From Chiloscyllium plagiosum (lineage: Eukaryota), in NCBI RefSeq assembly GCF_004010195.1, contig NC_057749.1, positions 21,540,370 through 21,604,369 of the forward strand: 64,000 nt of DNA. The letters run 5' to 3'. A program made the position numbers and the translations under genes. The notes below the pieces were generated by a model. The model searched no databases. It was not told the origin of the DNA and worked only from the letters and a program-made list of their open reading frames with translations. Positions 11,991 through 24,439 of this stretch are shown here, piece after piece. Within the stretch, counting starts at the first letter, position 1, and the number at the start of each line of letters is the position of its first letter.

Positions 11991-14900
11991 CTGAGCCAAT
12001 CGCCATCTCGTCAAGCAGATGCTGAACTTTTCGGTACTCTGTGGATGAGCGTAGCCAACCATCCTGATTGTACTGTAAGGTATGGCCTGTTACTATGGAG
12101 ACTCAGGCTAATGTTCTGGGAACATGGGTCCAAATCCTATCATTCCACGTGACAAAATTTGAATTCAATAAATCCGTAATTAAAAAAATAGCTAGTGTAA
12201 TGGTGACCATATGACTAATGTTCGGGAAAAACCCATCGGCTCAAGAATGCCATCCTTCCCTGGTCTGATCTACATGTGACTCCACGGCAATATGGTTGAC
12301 TCTAAGCTTCCCTCTGAAATGGTCCTCATGAGGCAATCAGTTCCATTAGAGATGGATAAAACACAGTAGCTGTGCCAATAATGTCCAGATCCCAGGAAGG
12401 AATAAGAAAGTATCTCTTACCTCACTGTGGTGTCATTTCCTTTGTCTAAAAAAAAGAAATGATACCTGCCTAAATAAGAATGAAATAATTTACGCTTGTT
12501 TCTGTTCTGAGATTCTATATATATACAGAGTTGTAAAAATTCCCTTCAAGCTAGCTCTATAAGTGACTTCCCTCTTTCCGTAAACCTCATGCTCCATGAT
12601 CTTTAAGAAATTTTCATTCTGATCCATTCTTTCAGGGGCTAGGTCTCCTGGGTGGGCCGAAAGCAAAACAATTTCGGTCATGGACCACTCCTTCAGATGC
12701 ACAGGAACACAGGGAGGCCCTGAACCTGTAACTGTTCTCCCCTCTTCCATTGTGCAGGATGTTTGATCCTACATACAAAATAGAAGAAGTGGGCCATTCA
12801 GTAAGTTCTCAGCTGATCAGTTTGTCTTTCGAACTTCCACATTCCCATTTCCTCCTGTAATCTTTGATTTTCCCTACCAAGAATATATACGTCTCCATCT
12901 TCAAAATTTCCAATGATTCCATCTCCACCGTCTTCTGAGGCAAAGTTCCAAAGTTGCATCACCCTCTTAGAGAGAAGATAAAAGTCCTCCTCATCTCTGT
13001 CCTGATGCTTCTCGCCCTGAACTCACTCACGAGATGAATCATCCTTTCGACACCATTCTTGTCAAGACCCTTCGATCAAGTCACCCCTCACCCTTCTAAA
13101 CTCCAGTGGAAACAAACCCAGTCTGTCCAACCTTTCCTGCTCAGACAACCCACTCATTCCAGGTATCAATCTAGTAAGCAATCTGAAAGGGTTAACGAAG
13201 GGTTAATCTCCAGCTAACATGGCGATGACATGAGACTTGTCTGGCGATGAAAGCTTTGAAGCAGACAGACAATCCACTGAGGTGTCCTCATAATCTCAGC
13301 TAGAATAGCTTTCAGGTAAATGTAATTTGTATTTGATTGCTGTCGTGCAATGAACGCCATCTCATTTAAGGTAATGGCTTCCTCTCGTTCGACCCCCTTC
13401 TGGTTTTCCATTATCACTATAGGCCCAACGGGCCCAGTAGATCCCAGTTGAAACATTGGCTGGTAGCAACAAATCTACCTGTTGGTGACTGAGCATCCAG
13501 CTAGCTCACACGACATGGTGCCAGTGGTGAACATGACTTCATGTTACAACATGATGAGCAGTGGTGAGGATTCATCATGTAACATCCCCTCCCCACTCTC
13601 CCTCCTAAATCTTTCCCCACCTTTTCTCATTGCCCCTTTCTCCTTCTTTCTCTTCCCCTCACCTTCCCACAACCTCCCCCTCCCATTCCCTCATTGCCAT
13701 TTCCAGGATCGATGGTCGTGATGTTTGAGTGGTCGAAGGGAAAACAGGCCAGGATCAGAGGCAGGGTGGTTAGGCAGGATTACCTGACATTGTACATTGT
13801 AATTGACCAGGTATTGCATCACCATGAAAATTCCTGCCTTTGAGCACTGGGCCAAGAGCTCTATTGACTTTGGGTGGTGGGGTGGGGGGGGGTTCACAAT
13901 CTCAGTTATCTAATATTGCAATATTCTGATACTTTATTGAGGTTATGAAGCATAAGATATGATAATATGATACATCAGCTAATCAGGCAGCATAGTGAAG
14001 GACACAACCTGTGACAGATGAGATGTGACAGATGATCCCAAAGCCGTTCTGTAGAATGAACAAGTACAGGCAGAGCACTCCTATAACAGAGCATGCAGTT
14101 TCACAGTAGCCTTTGGTGGCAGCTATCTGTGTTCTTCACTTGGGCTGAAGTTGGCGAATCCCTGGTCTTCCCTCAAGAAGATGGTGTCTCACCCCCCCCC
14201 CCATCCCCCACCCCGCTCTTGCTCCTAACCCTTTCTCCCCATGTTTCCCCTATTGATGTACTTGCGTGTGCAGGTGTTGGACACAGTGGAGAACATCAAG
14301 CGCGTGAATCTTTATTTATATTCCAGGAAGAAAGGAGTGGCCAGTGACAAACAACGCCCTTCTCAACAAAGGGCAATGCTGCATGAGCAAAAGGTGATGG
14401 GGAGGGCAGGGATTAAATCAAAATAGCGTTGGAGCGAAATCCCCTATTAATGTATGCTGTTTTGGGAGCAGACCATCTCTGCTGTATCAATTAATAGTCT
14501 GAACCCTTTTGGCCAATGGCAATGTGATAGTGACTCATGACCTTGGGTGACCATTGTACCCTTGGCCACCTCCATTTGAAGGTTAGTTTTCATTCCTTCT
14601 TAAATCCAAACCTTGTTATTTTTGCAGACATTGCACTCCCTGTGTTTAGCACGCATAAATTGCTGATGTTAGTTCAACAGGCATCGTGACTCTGTTTTTT
14701 GCAATTCTTTCGCTTTCCCACACAAGACTTTTGGGATGTCAATTGCTGCTGTAATAGCAATTCATGCTACATTGTAAATACCAGGAAAAGTCCAATTTTA
14801 AGAGACCTCAATTCCTAACAGGTCACAAGGCAACAAAAAGAATCATGCGGCTGGCCAGGAATTGCATGTTCATAACAGAGTGATCTGTTGAAACATACAA

Positions 14901-15087
14901 AGTAAGGAATGACACGGAAATCTCTGTTTTGTAATCACATGAAATTACCATGCAAAAGATTGCAGGGATTCTGCAAAAATGCTTTTAAACTTTGAATTTA
15001 GTTTCCCACAGTTCCTGCTCTCTCATCAGCTGATGGCTGTTTTCTTTTCTCTTGGCACTAATTGTCATCGACAATCACTCACTAATG

Positions 15088-15364
15088 AGCGCCAGGGACC
15101 CGAGTTTGATTCCAGCCTTGGACAACTGTCTGTGTGGAGTTTGCACGTTCTCCCCGTGTCTGCGTGGGTTTCCTCCGGGTGCTCCGGTTTCCTCCCACAG
15201 TCCAAAAATGTGCAGATCAGGTGAATTGGCCCATGCTAAATTGCCCGTAGTGTTAGGTGCATCATTTAGAGGGGAAATGGGTCTGGGTGGGTTACTCTTC
15301 AGATGGTCAGTGTGGATTGCTGGGCTGAAGGGCCTGTTTCTACACTGTAGGAGAATCTAATCTA
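15088..15364 (+). mobile_element. HE1-like SINE, 5' truncated
   Basis: Central domain and aatctaatct tail. Confidence 0.85.
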
Positions 15365-15669
15365 AAAAACGAGTGTGATTGACCACCCAGGAAATTCCGT
15401 GTCACTAGTTATGGTTTCTGTGGGTCCATAGGAGGCTGATCCTCGAGCCATATCTCCAACTGCACATTTAGCAGGTGTTTATGGAGGAGGTGAAAGTGGT
15501 CCTTGACCCTCAGACAATTGGCATTCGTTTCCATCCTTCCTCTTCAAGAATATGTCCTTTCAGACAGGTGTTTGCTCCAAGTCTGTTTCTTCTGAACGAG
15601 GGTCTCTCTCGTCAGTTGCTATCTCTCTGAGGGAGTCTTTGAAACACGTGCGTCTTGTTCAGTGAGCTG

Positions 15670-15872
15670 GAGACAAAACAAAAACTGCAGATACTGGAAT
15701 CGAAGTTGGATAAGCAGCAGGCAGGAAGAACACAGCAAACCAGGCAACAACAGGAGGTGGAGAAGTCAACGTTTCGGGTGTAACCAGAAGAAGGGTTATA
15801 CCCGAAACGTTGCCTTCTCCACCTCCTGATGCAGCCTGGCTTGCTGTGTCCTTCCAGCCTCTTGCTTATCGC
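15670..15872. mobile_element. Palindromic Penelope-type repeat (family E)
   Basis: Inverted arms meeting at gtttcgggtgtaacc / agaagaagggttatacccgaaacgtt. Flanking diverged direct repeat cttgttc(ag/tt)tgagctgg at about 15654 and 15873. Confidence 0.7.
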
Positions 15873-16694
15873 CTTGTTCTTTGAGCTGGGCGATGATGGT
15901 TGGCTAAAGCAGTCAGAACTCAGTCAGTGTTACTACACGGCTGGCCCAGTGAACTTGACCTCACACCCACCTCCCTTTGCATGAGTGATAATTTTCACTG
16001 CTCTCTGTTCCCGGTATTATTGAGTTTGTTTTCATTCTTCGTGTGCATTTCCCTTAAATATCAATGAATTTATTTGAAGCTGTTACATGATGGCCAGAGA
16101 ATAATTCCTAATGAATTATTAGCTAAAACCTAACTAGTTTATCTGTATCCTAAAATAAGGAGTGTCTAGCTATATTTCTGTCTCTTTTGCGTTGCCCCTC
16201 CCAGGGTAAGAGCTTACCCTGCTTGTAGCATGCAGATCACTAATCCTCTCAGAACATTCGATAACAGCCTAGCCAATTGCATTTTCCTCATATGTCACGT
16301 GCTTTACCTTTCTGCTGGAATGTTCTATTCCACTTGAGCATAAAAACATGGAGCAGGAGAAGGTCATTCAGCCCCTTGAGCCTGCTCTGCCATTTAATAC
16401 GATCATGGCTGATCTCATCTTGTCCTCAACTCCACTTTCTGCTTGTTCCCCGTAACCCTTCAACCCATTACCAATTAAAAATCTCCTCAAATTTACTCAG
16501 TGTCCCAGCATCCACCATACTCTGGAGCAGCAAATTCCACAGAGTTTTGATCCTTTGAGAAAATAATCTCTTCTCGTCTTTTTTTTTAAATCTGTCACCC
16601 TTTATCCTAAAAGTATCACCTCTTGTTCTATATTATCCCACATGAAGAAACAGCCTCTCTACGTCTGCTTTGTCAATTCTCTTTCGCATCTAGT

Positions 16695-16850
16695 GGTGAC
16701 ACAGTGGCACAGTGGTTAGCACTGCTGTCTCACAGCCGCAGGGATCCGGGTTCGATTCCAGCCTCGGCTGACTGTCTGTGTGGGTATCCTTCTAGTGCTC
16801 CAATTTCCTCCCACAGTCCAAAGATGTGCAGTTAGGTGGATTGGCCATGA
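16695..16850 (+). mobile_element. HE1-like SINE, internally deleted, nested in a CR1 fragment
   Basis: tRNA-like head with B-box GGTTCGATTCC. Confidence 0.75.
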
Positions 16851-17949
16851 TGAATGTGAGGTTACAGGTATAGAGTAGAGGGTCACAGTTTCTACAATCC
16901 TATGTACCTCAATTACATCTCTGCTCATTCTTTCAAACTCCACAAGGTAAGGGCGTAAACTGCTCAATCTGTCTTCATGAGGTAAACCCTTCACCTCGAG
17001 AATGAATCTCCTCCGAATTGCCTCCATACACTGTATAACTGTCCCTCCTTGAGTGAGAGGACCAAAACTGTCCACAGTGCAGGTAGCTCAGTGGTTACCC
17101 GCAGGTACATGGATTCGATTCCAGCCTTGGGCAACTGTGTGGAGTTTGCACGTTCTCCCCGTGTCTGTGTTGTGTAAGGTCTTACTAATGTCTTGCACGC
17201 TTGAGTATCCATTCTGTAATACTAACTTCTTTTACAGCTGGACTATGCCTATCTGTCTCTTTATCCTTTTTATTATTGGCATCAAAGTCTGTTTCCATCA
17301 ATTAAGATACCCTTCATTAACATAAATCTTTACTGCCAGTAATTTTCAGTAATTTTCTGCCCTGTATTTATTTCCTCTTATAAATTCCCAGAATTAACCC
17401 CAAAATCTTGATGCCAGTCCTGCTTGATCTCCATATTCAGTCTATAATTTCCCGATCATTGGTTGCCCATTTGATGTTGCTCTTTTTTCCAAAATAGCCT
17501 TATTTTCAGAAAGCAAGAAGTTGCATTTATGTCATCAGTTGCATGACCTCTGGACATTTCGAGGGTGGTAAATAAGTGATATCACACTCCACTTCAGTGT
17601 CTCTTCAGCACGTTTTGCTTGTATTTCAGATTTCTAACATCTGCAGAATTCTATTTTACTGACAGCATTTCAGATACACTTGAATTCTTTTGAATTCACG
17701 ATATGCATACTTGAGGAGGCCATGATTTATTTTAGTTGCTTTGATGCAGTACTTACGTATTAATGTCGCATCGTCATTGATAATTCAGATTGGTTTAATG
17801 TGTTTTTTTTGAGTCCAGTCAGATGCAAATACCAACTCAGACTCTCCCTTTCCAATGGATATTCATGACATGGGATATTTTTGGGATGTTGTTTCCTCAA
17901 AAAAAAAAATGCAACCGTTGTTTTGTAAATCCACGGTTAATACGGGAGA

Positions 17950-18820
17950 AAGCAAAATGCTGAGAAGCGAACTGTCCCCATCCAGGATTTCTCAATGACA
18001 CAGACTACATTTTGCAGGGGCAATAGAACGGGAATGGTCACCTGTCTCTGGGAGAGAGAAGGCTGAGGGGTAACCTGAGGGAGGATTTTTAATTTCTGAT
18101 GTAGTTTGACAGGATAGATGTGGAAAAAATGTTTCCTGTTGGGGGAGAATCCAAAATGTAGTGTATTGAAAATTGCACTGTGCATTTGTCTATTTGAGGT
18201 GACCATGTGTCGGGGGTGGGAGAGTAACAGACTGATTCCTGGGATGGCAGGCCTGACATATGATGACAGACTGGATTGTATTCAATGGCGTTTAGGAGAA
18301 TGAGGAGGGGTCGCATAGAAATTACTATAAGTCTAACAGGACTAGACAGGAATCTTGTTTCTGATGACCAGGGAGTTCAGAATCAGGGATCACACAGCAT
18401 GAGGATAAGAGGTAGGTCGTTTAGGACTGAGATGAGGCCGAGGGGTGACCTTACAAAAGATTATAAAATCATGGGGTGGGGGGTGGGTATAAAATAGGTG
18501 AGCAGCCAAGGTCTTTTCCCTAGGATAGGAGAGTTCCAAGCTGAGAGGCAATGGGCTTAAGGTGAGAGGGGAAAGATTTAAAAGGGGTCTGAGGGGCAAT
18601 TTCTTTTCATCCAGAGGATTGTGCATGTATGGAACAAGCTGCCAGAGGAAGGAGTAGAGGTGAAAACAATTAAAACATTGAAGACATTTGGACAGGTCCA
18701 TGGATTGGAATGTTTAGAGTGAGATGGGCCAACTATAGACAAAAGGTTTAGTTCGGAAAATTGGCTGGCGTGCATGAGTTGGACCGAAGGGTCTGCTTCC
18801 ATGCTGTATGACTCTATGAC
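17950..18820 (+). mobile_element. Cluster of decayed CR1 LINE 3' fragments
   Basis: RGDL..YKIM-type ORF2 C-terminal motifs and (ctatgact)n terminal repeat at about 18806-18820. Confidence 0.7.
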
Positions 18821-19336
18821 CTCGGTAATGTTAAAACTGAGTCTCAATTGCCACCACCCCCATAATCTTCAAATAACTTCGCCCAACAAACTATACCCTT
18901 TCTCCCTACACACAGGCTCCACCTCAGCGATTGACTATCTCCCCAAATCTGACTACCACTCTCCTACCCCAATCTGGCCTGAGCCAATTAGATCCCTTGA
19001 TCCAATATGACACAACAATCCTTCCACTTCCTGAAACCATCTCCCTATGATTCAAGCTGATTCAAAACCAAACTTACCTGGGATGTAGCTGACTAATTAC
19101 TTAACTAGCTGTAAACAAGCTGACTCACCGCACCCTATTCATTCCATCATCTACTCCATTGTCCCGCCCCGATGACATCAACTACCCTGTCGACCATCCA
19201 GTTCACTTCACCTCTCACCCACTCCCCATTTCCTGTGCTCCCCTACCTACTCATCCATTCACTCTCCTAGTCACCCAACACACATCCAAAAAGTGGTCTT
19301 CAATTTGTATATGGCTGTTTGTTTTGAGTAAAGTGG

Positions 19337-19511
19337 ACACGCACACACCTTCGGTCTCACACACACCCTCTCTCTCTCCCTCTCTCTCTCACACACACAT
19401 ACACACACCCTCTTTCACGCACACACACACACACGCCCTGTGTCTCACACACACACACCCTCTGTCACACACACACCCTCTGTCACACACACACACACAC
19501 ACCCTCTCTCT
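19337..19511. repeat. (CA)n/(CT)n microsatellite abutting an assembly gap
   Basis: Directly visible. Confidence 0.95.
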
Positions 19512-20336
19512 NNNNNNNNNNNNNNNNNNNNNNNNNNNNNNNNNNNNNNNNNNNNNNNNNNNNNNNNNNNNNNNNNNNNNNNNNNNNNNNNNNNNNNNNN
19601 NNNNNNNNNNNNNNNNNNNNNNNNNNNNNNNNNNNNNNNNNNNNNNNNNNNNNNNNNNNNNNNNNNNNNNNNNNNNNNNNNNNNNNNNNNNNNNNNNNNN
19701 NNNNNNNNNNNNNNNNNNNNNNNNNNNNNNNNNNNNNNNNNNNNNNNNNNNNNNNNNNNNNNNNNNNNNNNNNNNNNNNNNNNNNNNNNNNNNNNNNNNN
19801 NNNNNNNNNNNNNNNNNNNNNNNNNNNNNNNNNNNNNNNNNNNNNNNNNNNNNNNNNNNNNNNNNNNNNNNNNNNNNNNNNNNNNNNNNNNNNNNNNNNN
19901 NNNNNNNNNNNNNNNNNNNNNNNNNNNNNNNNNNNNNNNNNNNNNNNNNNNNNNNNNNNNNNNNNNNNNNNNNNNNNNNNNNNNNNNNNNNNNNNNNNNN
20001 NNNNNNNNNNNNNNNNNNNNNNNNNNNNNNNNNNNNNNNNNNNNNNNNNNNNNNNNNNNNNNNNNNNNNNNNNNNNNNNNNNNNNNNNNNNNNNNNNNNN
20101 NNNNNNNNNNNNNNNNNNNNNNNNNNNNNNNNNNNNNNNNNNNNNNNNNNNNNNNNNNNNNNNNNNNNNNNNNNNNNNNNNNNNNNNNNNNNNNNNNNNN
20201 NNNNNNNNNNNNNNNNNNNNNNNNNNNNNNNNNNNNNNNNNNNNNNNNNNNNNNNNNNNNNNNNNNNNNNNNNNNNNNNNNNNNNNNNNNNNNNNNNNNN
20301 NNNNNNNNNNNNNNNNNNNNNNNNNNNNNNNNNNNN
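19512..20336. other. Assembly gap (N run, 825 nt)
   Basis: Run of n. Confidence 1.
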
Positions 20337-20756
20337 AGAAGGGCTCATGCCCGAAACGTCGATTCTCCTGCTCCTTGGATGCTGCCTGACCTGCTGCGCT
20401 TTTCCAGCAACACATTTTTCAGTTCCCGTGATCAGCTAAAACCAGGGTTGGAGCTGAGAAGTGAAACTTTCCTGAGCTTGAACTGTGTTCACGCACACAC
20501 ATGAACCTCCTCTGTGCTAACCTGATAAGCTATCTGGAAGTGATGTCGCACTGTGTAGCTGCCCTCCACTTGGCAGGTGATTATCTCTTAACGTTCTGAC
20601 TGCCCTGATATCTAATCTTTATTGAGCACGCCCATTTTCACAGTGAGGAGAGCGTACTCAGTGATGTGGCACTCAGCTGGGGGATTATAAACCCTAACAA
20701 TGCAGATAGAGGCCATTTGGACAACAACCCTCTATCACCATCCCCTGTCACATCCT

Positions 20757-21028
20757 CAGGCAACTGTCTGTGAGGAGTTTGCACATTCTCCCCGTGTCTG
20801 CGTGGGTTTCCTCCGGGTGCTCCGGTTCCCTCCCACAGTCCAAAGATGTGCAGGTCAGGTGAATTGGCCATGCTAAATTGCCTGTAGTGTTAGGTAAGGG
20901 GTAAATGTAGGGGTGTGGGTTGCACTTCGGCGGGTCGGTGTGGGCTTGTCGCCTGAGGTGGGAATTGAACCCGGGTCTCAGGCGCTATGAGGCAGCAGTG
21001 CTAACCACTGTGCCACCGTGCTGCCCAC
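20757..21028. mobile_element. Rearranged HE1-like SINE (body on +, tRNA head on -)
   Basis: 20757-20947 is SINE body forward; 20948-21028 is the SINE 5' head reverse-complemented. Confidence 0.75.
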
Positions 21029-22052
21029 AAAGGGGTTAGCTGAATTTGCAAATATGTTCTAAACAACCTCTTCAACCCTTTACATGCTTGAGCCTGTGTT
21101 GCAATGACACCCGGGATGTTGTGCCCTCGATTGTGGCACCTGGAGCCCTCAGGAAGAAACAGCAACCATTGACAAAATGCAAGCTCACAAATAAGAGATT
21201 GTCTGCATTTATATATCACCTGACACTACATTGGGATGGCCCTGGGTGCTCCGCAACCAGTGAATCACTTGACAAAATGTCATTTCCAATAGGTGGCCAA
21301 ACCATACACAGCAAGATCCAACAAGAACAAGCCCTGTGAGACCACCAGTGATCGATTCTTGATGTAGGGTGAATGGTGACCGGATTGCACCCCCAGTTCC
21401 TCCCTTCAACCACCCCCCCGCCGCCAACCCACTATTTTCCTCCTTTGAAATAATCTGGTGGAATCTTTCATGTCAACCTGAAATATCAGAACAAGGGTTT
21501 GTGTTTGAATTTACCAGGATTAAACAGGAGCAAAGGGTCTGTACTGACTGGTGATTAGATGACGTGGGTTTGTCCTTCATGGAGCCAGGAAGGGTTAAGG
21601 AGAGATTTAATCCATGTGTTCTAAATTATAAATGCTGGAGACAGATCTAACAGTGAGAGGTTGCTTTTAAAAGCAGGCGAGTCAGTGCCAAGGGAACAGA
21701 ACTTAAGGTCAAAGTGTAGAAAAAGTAATCAGTGGAGAAATAAGGAGTGCTGCTTTCTGTAGCAAGTTACATTATGGGATGTCCTGTATGAAAGGCCATT
21801 AGAAACAGATCCTCAGAAACAGCTGTAGGCATGTGGCCCATTGAATATGCTCCACCATTTCAATAAGGTCTGATTATCCTCAGCCTCACTTTCCTGCCAT
21901 TCCCCCATAACTCTCGATTCCCTTTCTGGGTAAAAGTCTGTCTATCCCAGCCTTGAACATACTTAGTGAATCAACCTTGACAGTCCTCTGTGGTAGAGAA
22001 CTCCACAGACTCATTACCCTCTGAGACAATAATATGCCTCCTTAGCTATGTC

Positions 22053-22363
22053 TTAGATTAGATTAGATTCCCTACAGTGTGGAAACAGGCCCTTCGGCCC
22101 AACCAGTCCACACCGACCCTCCGAAGAGTAGCCCACCCAGACCCATTCCCCTACCCTATATTTACCCCTGATTAACACTACGGGCAATTCAACATGGCCA
22201 ATCAACCTGACCTGCACATCGTTGGACCGTGGGAGAAAACCGGAGCACCCGGAGGAAACCCACGCAGACACAGGGAGAACGTGCAAACTCCACACAGACA
22301 GTCGCCCGAGGCGGGAATCGAACCCGGGTCCCTGGCGCTGTGAGGCAGCAGTGGTAACCACTG
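22053..22363 (-). mobile_element. HE1-like SINE
   Basis: (AGATT)n on + and the conserved body in reverse. Confidence 0.9.
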
Positions 22364-22843
22364 AAAGTGCTCTGAGATCATGCCCTCTGGTCCCAGACTC
22401 TCCCACAAGAGTGTACGTTTCAATAAGGTCAATCAAAACTTTCAAAAAAAGAATTCGATAAAGACTTGAGGGAGTGAAAAATGGCAGGACATGGAGGCAG
22501 GAGTCAGTTAGAGACCTCATTCACATAGTACGGGAATGATGGCCCAAATGGCCTCTATCTGCATTGTTAGGGTTTATAATCCCCCAGCTGAGTGCCACAT
22601 CACTGAGTACGCTCTCCTCACTGTGAAAATGGGCGTGCTCAATAAAGATTAGATATCAGGGCAGTCAGAAAGTTAAGAGATAATCACCTGCCAAGTGGAG
22701 GGCAGCTACACAGTGCGACATCACTTCCAGATAGCTTATCAGGTTAGCACAGAGGAGGTTCATGTGTGTGCGTGAACACAGTTCAAGCTCAGGAAAGTTT
22801 CACTTCTCAGCTCCAACCCTGGTTTTAGCTGATCACGGGAACT

Positions 22844-23028
22844 GAAAAATGTGTTGCTGGAAAAGCGCAGCAGGTCAGGCAGCATCCAAGGAGCAGGAGA
22901 ATCGACGTTTCGGGCATGAGCCCTTCTTCGGGATTCTCCTGCTCCTTGGATGCTGCCTGACGTGCTGCGCTTTTCCAGCAACACATTTTTCAGCTCTGAT
23001 CTCTAGCATCTGCAGTCCTCACTTTCTC
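22844..23028. mobile_element. Palindromic family B element
   Basis: Inverted arms; perfect 15-bp direct repeat ctgatcacgggaact at 22829-22843 and 23029-23043. Confidence 0.85.
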
Positions 23029-23497
23029 CTGATCACGGGAACTAGAAAGATGTCTGTTGCTGCTTAGATATTTTTGAATGAACCTGTTCAGAGATATTTT
23101 GACACACCCCTGAAGCAAGTGGGACTTGTTCAGAGGCACAAACACAACCGCTAAACCACAATAGTCCTAAATTCACTGGTGAAATCAGGGATTGGACCAG
23201 CAACCTTTAGAACTTGAGGCCAACATGCTCCCAACTGTTTATATTGTGTCTGGGTCCATGATGAAACTGGTAAATACCACAAGAATTTTTTTGATGTAGG
23301 GTTAAGCAGTACCTTTTTCATTGAAATAGTAATGACCTAAAGGCTGAGACTTCACTTCTGTCTCAGAGCAGCTGGACAGAACTGTTTCAGAGTAGTCATG
23401 TGGTTTACATAATTTCCCAATGATCTATATACTCAATGTCTATTGATATTCTGAAAGTTACCATTGACTCAAAACTGACTGAACTACCTGGATTAAC

Positions 23498-23810
23498 TGA
23501 TGAAGGGTTTTTGCCCGAAATGTCGATTCCCCTGCTCCTCAGGTGCTGCCTGACCGGCTGTGATTTTCCAACACCACATTCTCGATTCTGAGCGTGGGTT
23601 TCCTCCGGGTGCTCCTGTTTCCTCCCACAGTCCAAAGATGTGCAGGTCAGGTAAATTGGCCACGCTAAATTGCCCGTAGTATTAGGTAAGGGGTAAACGT
23701 AGGGGTATGGGTGGGTTGCGCTTCGGCGGGTCGGTGTGGACTTGTTGGGCCGAAGGGCCTGTTTCCACACTGTAATGTAACCTCCAGCATCTGCAGGCCT
23801 CAATGTCGCC
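23498..23810 (+). mobile_element. Family B repeat interrupted by a 5'-truncated HE1-like SINE (about 23591-23779)
   Basis: CTGATGAAGGG...CCCGAAATGTC core; the family B tail ctccagcatctgcag resumes after the SINE. Confidence 0.7.
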
Positions 23811-23872
23811 TAACTATTAAAATGCAGTGGTTACAAGAGCAGGTGTCAGGCTGGGAATTTTGCAGTGAGTAA

Positions 23873-24319
23873 TACGGACGTTACTCTGGCAGTTATGCAG
23901 TTAACTTAGTGTTGTAACGTATGCCCGCAATCATATAACAGGTTCCAGTAACAGATAATGGTAGCGCATTGTGATAAGTCAGTTAAATCACTGATGAATG
24001 AGCTAATGCTGAAGGTGATGGTGGGGTAATGTGATAGGTTAAGTGTAATATAAGGAACCAGTGCATCAGACCGATGATTAGTTTTGGAAGACAAAGCAAG
24101 CCAGCATGATTGGTTATGCTAATGTTATCCGATAAGCGTGGGAACAACAATGGTATAAACTGCAGACAAACAAAGAGTTTGGGGGGGGCGGGAGTCAGGG
24201 AAGACATTTTGCCGGCTGCCACAGCTTTGATTTTGCGAGATTAAAGTTTAATTTCATGAAGGATTTTCTGCGTCTCCTTGTAATTTTTTTAAAGAACATT
24301 GAGTGATTCTTCCACAACA
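23873..24319 (+). mobile_element. Probable solo LTR inserted in an old LINE fragment
   Basis: Host LINE gcagtgagtaa|...|gtaactcacctcc is split with a 4-bp duplication gtaa. Ends ...ACAACA and starts TA (likely mutated TG). Internal TATAAA and ATTAAA. Confidence 0.6.
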
Positions 24320-24439
24320 GTAACTCACCTCCTGACTCCTCAAAGCCTGTTCACATTGACAGGACAAGTCGGGAGTGTGTTGGAAAACTCCCCACTGCCC
24401 TGGATGCATCTAGCTCCAACTGCAGTCTAGGAGCTTGAG

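Larger units (their letters stand above)
20337..22927. repeat. 384-bp inverted duplication (20337-20720 / 22544-22927)
   Basis: Reverse-complement match including non-repetitive sequence, one mismatch seen. Left copy starts exactly at the gap edge. Confidence 0.9.

Noticed and set aside
12490..12750. 86-aa non-repetitive ORF with a vaguely kinase N-lobe-like stretch (EVYGKREVTYRASLKG)
   Set aside because: No recognisable catalytic motifs, and joining it to the 25-nt segment at 12445 would need a 48-nt intron. A BLASTP search would settle it.
14275..14394. Possible 120-nt + strand exon (VLDTVENIKRVNLYLY...)
   Set aside because: Weak donor (gtgatg), no recognisable homology and no partner exons.
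19159..20504. Long ORFs of 310-426 aa in the ORF track
   Set aside because: Artefacts of reading through an N gap and microsatellite.
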